Shown piece after piece: positions 1-12,899 of a stretch of DNA of 64,000 bases. The DNA is from Octopus vulgaris. Taxonomy: Eukaryota. The translations under genes were made by a program, and so were the position numbers. Below the pieces are notes generated by a model, which did no database searches, had not been told where the DNA came from, and worked only from the letters and a program-made list of their open reading frames with translations. The DNA is taken from NCBI GenBank assembly GCA_951406725.2, contig OX597822.1, positions 7,626,001 to 7,690,000 on the forward strand, given 5' to 3'. The first letter of the stretch is position 1. Each line of letters begins with the position of its first letter.

Positions 1-752
1 TTTCATGTCCGCCTTTATTGGCTAACATACGATTAAGAGTGCTGCAAACTTCATCAATTCATTCTTCTTGAACTTCATTCACAGAATTACATTATGTAAT
101 TTAAATAAATCTTCGCAAGAAATATTGTGTAACCTAATAAAAAATTATCTTGCGTTTTTTAACAAATTGGGCCATATACAAGATTTATATTGCAAATCTC
201 CATCCACTTTGTGGATTATGTTCGCTACTAAACCGTATGTATCGCTAAGACAGTCAATTAAACACGTTACATGAGTCTAAATACCATAGACTGGAACACA
301 ATTTAACAGACACCCTTCATTAATTCCTTGTTTCAAGGAAAGATACATTTTATGGAAAGACGAAATGTCAAAGTTGTATAACTTCTAATTTCGAGATTTC
401 GCATTGAGACATAGCAATATCGCAACGATAATGTAATTAGTTAAAGGAAATCACTTAATGTCAACTATTATCTGTTTTAATTATAAATATATTCTCGGAT
501 ATACGATTGTCTCGTGCATGTAATAAAAGACGTAATGAAGATAAATATGACAATGTAATTACTTTGTCACAAAATGTAATTGTATTTGATACACAAATCA
601 TGATTGATTTCTACGTCCGTTATCATGCGTAAATTAATTATTTCAGAAATGAAAAATGAATGCAATTTTTTAAAGTTATAAACTAACATGATATAGAATC
701 AAAAGACTGCGTAGAAACATTTTATATATGTATATACAATACGTATAAGTAA

Positions 753-791
<39 letters not shown>

Positions 792-799
792 TACATACA

Positions 800-1172
800 T
801 GGTGGCTGCCGACTCGTTATCGAGTATGTCCATTGCACGAAGCTTAATCAATGTTGTTATCATGCAATACCTGTGCAAGAAGAATTTTTAAAAGTGATGA
901 TAGGCTGTGCACTGAGTCAATCCCACTCACTAAGCAATAGCAGCCATAATCCGAAAAGTAGGAAAAGTCAACGTCATCCGTAACCACTGAGTCGCAGTTT
1001 TATGTCGGAGTTATCCCAGTTACCTGAGTAACCTTCTCCTAGAAGGATGCCCCAGCAAAGGCTAGGTGTCCTTCACTCCCAATGGTTTAACCGCGTGATC
1101 GGGTATTTAGTCCGATTATTTCTGTCCCCGCGCATGATACAGCCTTAAGACAATTATTGGATGGCCGTTGAC

Positions 1173-1175
<3 letters not shown>
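800..1175 (-). mobile_element. Unclassified ~375 bp interspersed repeat between TA/CATA microsatellites, with an RTE-5'UTR-like segment
   Basis: GC-richer block bounded by microsatellites. Minus strand GGGGCATCCTTCTAGGAGAAGGTTACTC resembles, from memory, a motif in RTE-clade 5' UTRs and RTE-derived SINEs. Confidence 0.3.
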
Positions 1176-1223
<48 letters not shown>

Positions 1224-1270
1224 TATATATAATATCCACGTGCGGTCAACACATCCCCACTATTTATTGA

Positions 1271-1348
<78 letters not shown>

Positions 1349-2011
1349 CTTTGTATGTATGTATGTATGTATATATGTGAACATATAATTGTTAAAGAGG
1401 ACAACAAACATTAAGGTAAGTCAAATATCTCAAGTCGTATACATTATTATTATTGGAGAAAAATTCAAATTTCTTACGGCTATTTCATAGAAACCCCCGA
1501 TTATGGGATATTCCGTTATAAGAGACAAATAGGAAAAAATAGGAAAAATGAAAACTATATAATAATGAGATGGCGACACAGAGTATGAGAGTAAATGAAT
1601 GAGATGTAGAGAGAGTAGAACAAAGAAGCATAACATTTCATAGTACAATTTTCCCATCATGTAGAAACTGTAAATACATTGATATATAAATATACGTCGT
1701 AAGACACTGTGCAGTCAAGGCAACAGAACAATTGTGGACGGACTGATGTTATCTGGCAGTGATTAGCAAACAGTTTTAGCTTACTAGACGAAGGTAATGG
1801 GAAATGATATGCCCATACAAGCCAGGTTCCCATATGCTACTATATGATCAGAAACACAGCATCTAAAAAGTAGGCCAACTTCTTAGTCTGAAGTAAAATA
1901 CAATGTATTGCATACACAATCTTGCACTGAATACCGGCAACAATATATATATTTCAGTAGAAACACACTACTATGCTAAGCATCTGTAACTATATATATA
2001 TATATAAATAA

Positions 2012-2987
2012 AAGCTTACTTGGAGGAAAAACGACGACCGTTTCCTTGTTTGATTTTATGTTTTCGTTTCTCGTTGTGTTCTATGTTTATTTGTGGTGTC
2101 CTGTACTCATATACGCATGTATATATACATATAGATGTAGGAATGTACATATATGTATGTATGCATATTTTATTTATTAAATTGTTATTATATGATTGAA
2201 CACAACACGTCGTTTCTTCTCCTCCAAGTAAGTTTATATTTCAATAATTATGACGCGCACTCTTAACTCTTTACTTGACCTTTCTTCCCGGCCTGTCTGT
2301 CTTCCTCTCTATCTGTCTCTCTCCTTCTTATTTTTCACCCTTTCTGGTTTCTTTTCCTCTCTCCCTCTCTCTCACCGCTCCTCCTCCTCTCTCTCCTCTC
2401 ACTCCTCCTCATCTCTCTCTGGCCGCTGACCGGAGGGCTACTAACTTTCTTTCTGCACACTGCTTTCAACAAGTCAACATCGGTTTCTTCTGTCTTCCGC
2501 AGGCCGATCTTCAGAATTCGTTCTAACGAAATTTTCCACCGTCTAGGCTGAAAAAAAGCCGTTATTGTTGGTTTCCTTGTCCTGTTTTTATTCTTTATTT
2601 GTATTGTTTTTTTCTTCATTTGTATTGCTTCTACGTCCTGTTCTTGTCACTTTTTACCCCTCTGCAAAATAATGTTATTTAATTCATTTTGCAGGAAGGA
2701 CTGCTTCGACCGGATCGTGTTCTGCCCTTACCTTCGAAACACGCATTGTGTCGAAACAAGGGAACCTGCTGCAGGGGAATATTCCTTGTATTGTTTGTCT
2801 TCTACTCTGTTTTTTTGTCGTTGTTAAAAAAAGCCCATTTCCATGTTTGATGTTATGTTTTTGTTTCTCGTTGTGTTCTACGTTTATTTGTGGTGTCCTG
2901 TACTCATATATGCATGTATATATACATGTAGATGTAGGTATGTAGATATATGTATGCATGCATATGTTTTATTTATTAAATTGTTAT
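2012..2987 (+). mobile_element. Non-autonomous Penelope-like element with pLTR architecture (short inverted copy plus ~150 bp terminal direct repeat)
   Basis: 2012-2036 is an imperfect inverted copy of 2208-2235; 2038-2188 is a direct repeat of 2835-2987; flanked by (TA)n. Confidence 0.6.
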
Positions 2988-3443
2988 ATATATATATATA
3001 TAATTATAAAAAACATAAAAGTCCTACATATTGTTTCGACTTATATATATGTATATATATTTTCGATATACATGATCACAATTCCCTTATATATATATAT
3101 ATATATAGCGAGAGAGAGAGTCACTTCAGGTATTTGATTCAGAAAAGACAAAATTCTGTGTAAAAGAACAGCTGGATTGTAAAAGAATTTACAATATATA
3201 TATATATATATATGTTAAATTTTTATGATATATAAAATATTACGTTATGTTATATATTATATTCATAAATATTATATATAAATTATTTGATTATCAATAG
3301 AATATCTCTATATTTAATTTACCTTTACTACTGAATTATTCCAATATTTATATGGTATCCAACTGAAGTACCAGTGAATTCAATGTTTAACACACTCCTT
3401 TGAAGGATTTATTTTCCTCAGTTTGTTACTTTATATATGTATA

Positions 3444-3509
<66 letters not shown>

Positions 3510-3629
3510 AATAAAAACTTACATATATACATAATACATAGTTACACATACACGCACACACACCTTTTTTATGGTTTAATGTACAAGAAGTAAAAGTTTG
3601 CTATCCACCAATGTTATGTTGAGCACTCA

Positions 3630-4148
3630 TTTCTATTGAATTTTTGCTACCCTATATTGATTAATTGATGATTTTTGGACTAATTCTGAAATTGAATCAG
3701 CAGTTTATATTTGCTGTTGATAAGTTTGGCGCGATTACGGTAGTTTTTGAAAATTTTAGGGCAGACATTCCCGGGGCATAGAAACTACTGCCGCGTGTAT
3801 GTCTGTCTCTCCTGGCTTCTTTACCGATGAGATGTAGCCTTTGGTAGATCGACTTAATTAAATTTAATTAAATTTAATTAGGCTGGTTTGCCATTAAAAA
3901 CATCGAAACAATGCATTGTCTAAAGATGAATAGGGTAAATGTTTTTTTAATTTTCCTGTAATTTCTGAATTACTACTACTTGGCGGATTGAGTCCTGGCT
4001 GCTCTTTCTAGTGGGTCGAACGGCCTATTTGAGGCCGTTCCTCAATTGTTGTTGAATTTATATATATAGTCTCTGACTATTTTCTCTCTCTCACTAGACC
4101 ACTGGTGGCGAAAAATTTTCTATTGAATTTTTTGCTACCCTATATTGA

Positions 4149-4153
<5 letters not shown>
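3630..4153 (+). mobile_element. Hammerhead-bearing non-coding element with 36-37 bp terminal direct repeat
   Basis: TTTCTATTGAATTTTT(T)GCTACCCTATATTGATTAAT at 3630-3665 and 4117-4153; internal hammerhead at 3818-3926; ends in (TA)n. Confidence 0.65.
3818..3926 (+). ncRNA. Type I hammerhead ribozyme motif (U4C variant, long stem II)
   Basis: Stem I TCTTTA/TAAAGA; core CCGATGA 3824-3830; stem II GATGT/ACATC with long internal hairpin; GAAA 3905-3908; palindromic stem III ACAATGCATTGT; GUC site ending 3920. Confidence 0.75.
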
Positions 4154-4205
<52 letters not shown>

Positions 4206-4224
4206 TTATTCGTTTCTTTTTTTT

Positions 4225-4445
4225 TTTCATGTTTCTGTCATTTTACTGCGGCCATGCCGGAGAACCGACTTAAAGAGGTTTAGCCGAAGAAATCGACTCC
4301 ACAACTTATTCTTTGTAAGCCTAGTACTTATTCTATCGGTCTCCTTTACCGAACCGCTAAGTTACGGAGACAGAGACACACCGACATCGCTTGCGAAGCG
4401 ATGATGGTGGGAGAAACACAGACTCAAATACACACACACACACAC

Positions 4446-4448
<3 letters not shown>
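4225..4448 (-). mobile_element. tRNA-derived SINE family A, 3' half
   Basis: Reverse complement matches the 3' part of the full copies at 44686 and 56755 (GACCGATAGAATAAGTACT...GCATGGCCGCAGT). Confidence 0.8.
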
Positions 4449-4507
<59 letters not shown>

Positions 4508-4509
4508 GT

Positions 4510-4550
<41 letters not shown>

Positions 4551-4596
4551 TTTGAGTAAATGAAATTATTAATACTATTATATTTACTTCTGAATG

Positions 4597-5070
4597 TACA
4601 TGGCTCAGTGGTTAAAGCGTCGGGCTTACTATCATGAAGCTGTGAATTAGTTTTGTGGTCTTGAGCAAGACACTTTATTTCACGTTGTTCCAGTTCACGC
4701 AGCTGTAGGAATGAGTTGTGACGTCACTAGTGCGAAGTTGTGAGGGCCTTTGCTTTTCCCTTGGATGACATATTGGTGGTGTGGAAATGGGAGGCTGGTA
4801 TGTATGTGCCACTGCTGGTCTTCCATGAACAACCTTGCCTGGACTTGTGCCTCGGAGGGGACTTTCTACTAGCTATCTGAAGGGGAGAAAGGGATCTTTA
4901 CTCTGCACTCTATATTTACATAAAAGAATGGAATACAGCAACTGTATGTGTGATACTGTGGTGTTCAATGGAGAGTGGAGTGTCAAACATTTCTTACATG
5001 TGACTGCCTGCCTGGAAATTAATAATTTATAAGCTAATCTTGCTTATATACTGTCCCTCGAAAGTTAAAA
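4597..5070 (+). mobile_element. tRNA-derived SINE family B (degenerate)
   Basis: A-box-like TGGCTCAGTGGTTAAAGC followed by CORE-like CTTGAGCAAGACACTTT; the same 5' motif recurs at about 54419-54436. 3' boundary is approximate. Confidence 0.6.
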
Positions 5071-5089
5071 TATACACATACGTATATTT

Positions 5090-5490
5090 ATTTATTTATT
5101 GCCCACAGGGGCAAAACATACAGAGGACAAAGAAGGACTGACAAAGGAATTAAGACGATTACATCAATCCCTGCTGCGTAATTGGTACCTATTTAATCGA
5201 CCCCAAAAGGATGAAAGGGAAAGTCGACCACAGCGGAAATTGAACTCAGAACGTAACGGCAGAAGAAATACCTATTTCTTTACTGCCAAAAGGGGCTACA
5301 CACAGAGGGGACAAACAGATTAAGTCGATTATACCGACCCCAGAGCGTAACTGGTACTTATTTTAATCGACCCCGAAAGGATGAAAGGCAAAGTCAACCT
5401 CGGCGGAATTTGAACTCAGAACGTAGCTGCAGACGAAATACCACTAAGCATTTCGCCCAGTGTACTAACGTTTCTTCCAGCTCGCCGCCC
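5090..5490 (-). mobile_element. SINE family C, two tandem copies (about 5090-5270 partial, about 5275-5490)
   Basis: Repeated AATCGACCCC(G/A)AAAGGATGAAAGG..AAGTC.ACC...GAACTCAGAACGTA, with a tRNA-like head ending at CCAGCTCGCCGCC. Confidence 0.8.
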
Positions 5491-7123
5491 TGGTATACAC
5501 ACGTATATTAATGCCTTCGTAGTCAAGATGCACACATTTACGCTCGTGAGCAGTCTAGTAGACTTCTTAGATAAAGCCAATATAAGTATACAAGAACATA
5601 TGTAGATTGTGCCGAAAGCCATACAAATTAAATATTTATGTTCAGAAAAAGAGGAAACATTATATTGAGTAGAAACTGCCAAGGAAATAGATATGTAACA
5701 AAATGTTTACATAGTTAGTGGGCGTACGATGAGTTTGATATGTACATTTTTAACGCAATACTAAATCCTAAAGTGTTTTCTATCGCGTGACAGAATGAAT
5801 CCTAAAGATATCTGAGAGACATCATTACAATTAGAAGATATGAAATAGAAAATAACAGATGACGTGAACCGAATGTTTTGTTTTTGTCTCTCCCTTTCCT
5901 CAAAAATATTGCAACATAGCGATGTCTTGTTTTGAATATATGACAAAACTGAAGAACTTTTCTACCTGGAGTCAGTAAAGATATTCCAATAAATATAGCA
6001 GTTAAGAGGAATCACAAAAAATGCCACCAGATGGCAATGTGAATAAACAAGAACTCACAATATGAATATTTAATATTAGGAACCAAATTAAGCTCATGAA
6101 TTTTGTAGACATTATCAATTATCATAATATTTTCAACCAAGTTATAATAGAGAACGAAGGACTTCTCTTTAGAAATGTAATCCATCGAAATATATATTAA
6201 TAGTCATATATTAATCTAGTGTAGCGCTGTAAACTGCAGATATTGATTGAATTCGTAGTAATGACACACTCATTTGTAGAGATCGTAAGATTTCAGTGAA
6301 TTGAACATCCTTTCGTATAGGGAATTTGAATTAGTAATTTTGGCCTCAGTGTGGGGTACATTTAATGATGTAGTATTTTTCAACCTAATATGCTTTTTCA
6401 AGCATAGGACCACAAGTCTCTTATCTCATTCCACTTCTTATAGTTATCGTTTCCCTTTATACAAAGATCATTGCTTATAGTACAGAACTATAGAAAAAAA
6501 GTAGCTACTCTCTTATCGGTTTTCAAGACTGAATTTAAGAACCTAATGGACATTTAAAAGAACAAATGAAGTATGAAACTTCTAAGCTTACGTAACAGTT
6601 ACGTTCTCTATTCAGTTCTACTTAAAATTTTGTAGATAATTTTAAAATAATTTAAAGGGGATGACTACCTTCAACGTGGAAAGATCAACAGAATGAAGTT
6701 ACAAATGCAAGTTCGTGACTTGGGAAAATCACTAGAACGGTAATTTATCAGCCACATTTTCGTTTTCAGCAATTGAAACGATGAATATTTTGACGAATTC
6801 AGGCATAAAACTTGGATCTGGATGTTGATCGAACTGTTTGGGATTAGTTGTTCAGCCACGACGTCGAAAGAAGAAAAATGAGAAGAATTGTGGCTGTGGA
6901 ATATATGTTCAGAGAAAAACAATTTCCCTCAAAGAATATGTGACATAGCGGACGGGTTCTATACCCACAATGTTGAAAAAGCATGAAACTGAGTCAAATT
7001 GTTATTAAATATGTGCAACTTTACTAAATGTTTTTCCACAAGCGTACATACCGTGTGTGTGTGTATATATATATATATATATGAGTGTATGTGATGAACG
7101 CTCGAGTGTTTACGTATTAACAG

Positions 7124-7181
<58 letters not shown>

Positions 7182-8344
7182 GTATGTATTCATGATCTAT
7201 TTCTAAATCAGCACCTATGAGTGTTCACTATATTGCGTTTGTCATAATGTTAATATGTATCACACTATATTCTTCAATATTAAACGTTACCTATTCGCCC
7301 TTGCATTGAAGAACGTCCTCATACTCAGGGTAGTGTGTTTGAAGGTGTATCTTCACGCCCCTAACTCCTGCAGAAACAATTTTCTTAGTGCTGTCATGAG
7401 TATGTACAAGTGTGAAAAGAACATGAAGTCATTCTCCTTAAAACGTTTGATCGTGAAGTAGATGAGCTAGAAATAAAATCGTGCAAACATGTTCACAGGC
7501 TGTTTGAAGAATGTTTACACGCTATTTTCATATTTATTTGCTTCAAGATCCAGTGTTCCAAAAAGAATAAAAAAGAAACAAAAGAAAAAAGAGAATTTTT
7601 ATTTCTGTTTTGGCCGTTACATCTCGAAACTGAGATATTATTTCCTAAACTGCATTCAAAATATCCTTCGTTCGTTTTCTGCCAAGATTTCTTCTCTGAT
7701 AACTTTTCTGAAATTTACTTTAACTAATACACATTTTCCTGCGAATTCTCATTCGCTTGTTCTTGTCATGCACTGTGAAAGAATATATTTCTTCCCTAGT
7801 AACTTCTTTCATGAAAATATGTCTCACGCAATTCTCGAACTATGCTTATTTTTTTGTTTTTACCTAGAGAAATAATTGATTAATTCTTTAAATTTATCGT
7901 TAATTATTTTATAGCACTCATAGCAGATTCTCTGATATCTGCTCTTTCCTCTCTAACGCTCAAGATAATAAATAGTTCCTTAAGGATGCCTTATTGATGT
8001 TTGCCTTCCATATGGTTTTGCTAGTTGTGACTTTCATCACAGTTAGTATGTGCCTGTGTGTGATCACGTGTGTATCAATATGTATGCGCGTGCGCGAAAT
8101 AATATATATACATATAAGTTTATCTGACAAAAATATGGAAATATTACTACCCTATTTTTCGCCATATGTAAGTGGAATATATGTTTCTTTTTGCCGATAT
8201 ACAATCGTTTTCATTTCTATTTTCCTAAACATTCATTTAATTGATTGTATTTGATGAATGAGCCTTTTTTATTTTTTTTATTTATTCATTTATCTATTTG
8301 TTTATTTTTGCTGTTACGTTGAATAAGTTCAGAAGGGAATGATT

Positions 8345-8440
8345 AAAGGTATTTCGCCTGTCTTTACGTTCTGAATTCAAATTCCGACGTGGCTGACTTT
8401 ACGTTTGAGCTGTCGTTGACCGATACAATAAGTAACCGTT
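8345..8440 (+). mobile_element. SINE family C fragment
   Basis: TTTACGTTCTGAATTCAAATTCCG...GACTTT matches the other family C copies. Confidence 0.55.
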
Positions 8441-10229
8441 GAGCCTTGTTCTTAGAGCAGAAACATTTATGACAAATGAGAATGTTTCACTCACACTAAT
8501 TCATAGTTGAGAAACAAACATATTGTTAAGTAGTATCACTGTGCTTCATATGTCTCCTGTGTATATTTTAATGCAACCATCAGAATAAAATTAATTTTAA
8601 TATATCAGATAGAGAGAAATAAGTAGTAGATAAAGCTGTGACTCCTTCAACTGCACTTATTTGGAAAGTGGTCAAAACTCAGATTGTTTGCTGGAATTAA
8701 ATATATATTTTGTATCGTGGTAATGCCATGCAACAATTAAAACACGTATACCATTAAATATACTTTCGTTGTATTATGATTTTGACCAGTACATTATATA
8801 TATTTTTGGCACCAAATTCATTCGACAAAATTCACGATATCGACACATGTTCCCTATTTGTGTATCAAAGTAAAGTATAAGAAAGATGTCATGAACTGTT
8901 GAAGTTTTAGGCAAGAAGTGGACCCCGCAAATGTATATACTATAATAGGTATTTCATTATCTTTATTGCGTAATTGTCAGTGTGTTAATTTTCACAAGCT
9001 TTTTCTTCCTGAAAATAATCTGGAATATAGTAAATTTAATGTGTATTTTGACAAAATCTCTCTCCACGAGAGTATTTCATGTTTACACCTCGAAGTGTAT
9101 GGAATCTTTATCCTAGCGAGTTGCAGGAATATCCCCAGAGATATCAATTTCAAGTGTTGTAATTAAGCAGATATTAACATGGAAGAAATCAAACTATCGA
9201 CGTTATAATCACAGGCATTGAACTGTGAATTGCGATCTTCATTCATTTGAAATTTCTGGAGCAGTTTATAGTTTGCGTCTGGTTATTTACTTCTAGGTGA
9301 AATGAATCATTAAATATTTTAGCTGCGGGCAAGATGTCTATGCCATTAACCGAAACGATTTCCTGCAATTCAGAGGAAAACTATCTACCACAACTATTAC
9401 TCAATTTTATTTTCTCTCTAATATATTCCCCAAGCAATATATGCTATTGAAGATATTCGAAATATATTGCAAGTTTCCAACATAAATGTCATTAATGGCC
9501 TATTAACATTGATGTTAGGGAAGGAATTTAATGGTGACAATCGTAATGAATTTAAAGAACATCGTCTCGATAATTAATTCCCGAATGATGTATTTACTCA
9601 TTAATGATATACTTATATTCTGAATAATCATTTGAAAGGTGTTCTTTGAAACAAAATGTTGTAATCGGAAACTATAAATGTGGGCATCGATACAGCTTTT
9701 ACAATTCGTTTCGCATCACTAGTACTGTGTTATCGAGAATAACACCAATCGCTAAATATCTAATGGTGATATCCACGTGCAATCCACGTATCTTCTCTTG
9801 ACAAATAAAATAATCTCTGTTAACCAGTCCGAGCGCTTCATCAACCTAAACTCAGGTGAAGCATGTCACAGTTACGTCGAAAAATAAACAGATCATACAC
9901 GTCTTACTTCGCTGAAACGAGTGAACATGTCTGAATCACTGATGAATCGATCGACCCATTGAAATCCACATCCTACCTCATCTCCACTCAAATTAAAATT
10001 CATTTTGCTAAAGTGATAGAAATATAAACGTTGGATAGTGAAATCGTTGTCAGATGTCAAACTTAAAACCACAGTGTCAGTGCTTTGAATCACAGTCCTA
10101 GTTCAGAATCGTCGATGTCAGAAATATCAATGATAGATTCACTGAGTGAGATAATTGTTTTACGTAATGACTCAGAGATGCTTTCAGGAAACAAAAGAAC
10201 AGAAACATAAGCATATCAGTAAATTATTG

Positions 10230-10380
10230 GCTTCAAAGTTTGACACAAGTCCAGAGGTTAAGTCAATTACAGCCACTCCAATGCTTAAGTGGTACTTATT
10301 TTATCGTCCCTGAAAGGATGAAAGAGAATGTCAACCTCACTAGTATTTGAAATCAGAACGTTGAAATGTCGTTAAGCATA
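10230..10380 (-). mobile_element. SINE family C fragment
   Basis: GGTACTTATTTTATCGTCCCTGAAAGGATGAAAG...GAAATCAGAACG. Confidence 0.65.
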
Positions 10381-11968
10381 TAAGGATTTTCATTTCGCGT
10401 TTTTTTTGTCTAACCAAACACGTTCGATTGTAGACAACCTACGTTGTCCCTATCTGCTGGCGTTCTGGATTTTCTGCCAAAATTTGGGTGATCTTGTTCT
10501 CTCAGCCGGTGCTCACATTGGCATTTTCGAAAAATCCAATCCATACCTCACAGACAGGTGGTAACATTTAAGAAATTTCGCTAAACGTTTGTAAATTTTC
10601 TCTTTTCAGTTAGCCCCACATATTTCAAAAGTGCATTCTAGATAGTTCTTTCATTGCCCTGTAATTATAAAAAATGTGGCGTTCTGAGGAGAACCTTCAG
10701 ACGTCTGAAGACATATTTTCGCTACATTATTAGAATCTCTTCACGACTCTATGACATGTAATCGCATATGATTATATATATTTCCACCCGCTTTGCGTGG
10801 TTGAATTTAACATATTCACTGGTGCATCAAGTTTTTAATAAATTAGCTATTGCTTTAAAATGAATAGCTGGAAATATGAAATCAAATATATATATATATT
10901 TCGAACTTAGAGAATATGAACAAATCACAAGTGCAATCATATTTAGATTTCTTTCCGTTTGTGCTCATAGACTCCACGCAATTTATGTGGAAAATAATTG
11001 TTTCCAGTTTTCCCAGTAACGTCCACATCGAAAATTTAATTAGAACATATATTCTATGACATATTGAGATGTTTGTTTTAATTATTTGGAATATGAACTA
11101 ATCTTGAAGGCATTAACGATGATAATTTCCTTCAAATTGAAAATATATTGTAAGTATCTTGAGATCTTTATGAAATTCAAATAATTATGTGATTCTGATT
11201 TTATCGTTTTGTTAGCAATTTTTATAAAACGTTTTAAGATTTATCTTAAGATAATACATTAGCAGTTTCTCTGAAATAATGCTTTGAAATATGTTGCCAT
11301 TGTGTGTGATACAAGCTTTTGTAGGAAGGAGCGTATATGCAAATTCCAATATCAACGGCTTTGTTTTGAAGTTATTAACAAAATTCAGATATAAAAATTT
11401 GCCTACTCCAATAAATACTGATATGAATTAATGAAGTTATATATAGAACGTCAATAAAAGATATATTTTATGAAAATCTACGAAACTATCAGGAGATTCA
11501 TTCAGGCTGCATTGAACTATGATTTATAGATTTAAAATTGTTGATTTAGATTTCTCGAATCATATTTGAATATTCTAAATCTTGTCTAGGTGAGAAAACA
11601 AAGGAAAATTATTTGAAGAATAAAACTTTAAATATTGTAAAGGATGCTACACAATAAATGGAAGTGCCTCAAGTTTGCTTTTCCGAATGAAGTCTTAATA
11701 GTTATGTAGGTTCATGCTTTGTGTGACTACTTAATACACGTGAAAGATTTACTGAATAGAGAAGAGATTGCATTCATTGAAAGAGAATATAATATGATGC
11801 ATCACTTCTAATCTCATCACACTATATAGGAGGATTCGCCAATCCTAGTGAATCAACAAAACACAATTGTTTAGAAAAGCTTTTCGGTGCAGTTAGACGA
11901 CACAGCAAGAATTTACAACGAGAAACTTATTGATGATGACCATCACGTTTAGTGATGCTAACTAATTA

Positions 11969-12294
11969 TACTCTTTACTCTTTTACTTGTTTCAGTCATT
12001 TGACTTCGGCCATGCTGGAGCACCGCCTTCAGTCGAGCAAATCGACCCCGGGACTTATTCTTTTGTAAGCCCAGTACTCATTCTATCGGTCTCTGTTGCC
12101 GAACCGCTAAGTGACGGGGACGTAAACACAACAGCATCGGTTGTCAAGCAATGCTAGGGGGACAAACACAGACACACAAACACATACATATATATATATA
12201 TATATACATATATACGACAGGCTTCTTTCAGTTTCCGTCTACCAAATCCACTCACAAGGCATTGGTCGGCTCGGGGCTATATCAGAAGACACTT
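11969..12294 (-). mobile_element. 5'-truncated SINE family A with 42 bp flanking direct repeat (putative TSD)
   Basis: Matches family A from AAGTGTCTTCT to the TAAAAGAG tail; identical 42-mer at 11927-11968 and 12304-12345. Confidence 0.85.
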
Positions 12295-12899
12295 CGCTGA
12301 AAATTATTGATGATGACCATCACGTTTAGTGATGCTAACTAATTACACTATGTAAAATGATTTTATAAAATGCTTATATAATGAAATACGAAATAGAAAT
12401 ATGCATAAATATATTCCGTAACATTCGCAACGTTGCTAATGTATAACGAAGAAGCATATTCGTGTGTGCATGTGTGCATTTTACGAGCTTTTTATAAACT
12501 GTATTACTTCCGTCATCTTTCTCTTTTACACATTTTCTCTCTTCATATATGCTCAGCCGTTAAATCTTCCTCTGATTTATGCGTCTCTTTTACATTGTGA
12601 AGAACGACTATACTTTGAATCGTTACAGATCTGCACTGGACTGTTATGTTTAAAGCATTATATTACATTTCGGTGTTATTGTTATATACTACTCCAGTGT
12701 ACTGTACTTAACTGTCTTCTAAATTTAAATGGGATTCTATATTTATAAACAGTGAATTGCATAGATTTTTTTCTTCATATTTTCATGTAACGAAAAAAAA
12801 ATTTTTAATCAAATTTTATGTATATTGTATGTGTTTCATCATTTAGATATGTATGCATCATTGTATGTATGTTTTTATCTTTATTTTTTAGTTTAGAAT

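Noticed and set aside
9940-9975. CTGATGA...GAAA spacing like a hammerhead
   Set aside because: No convincing stems I, II or III.
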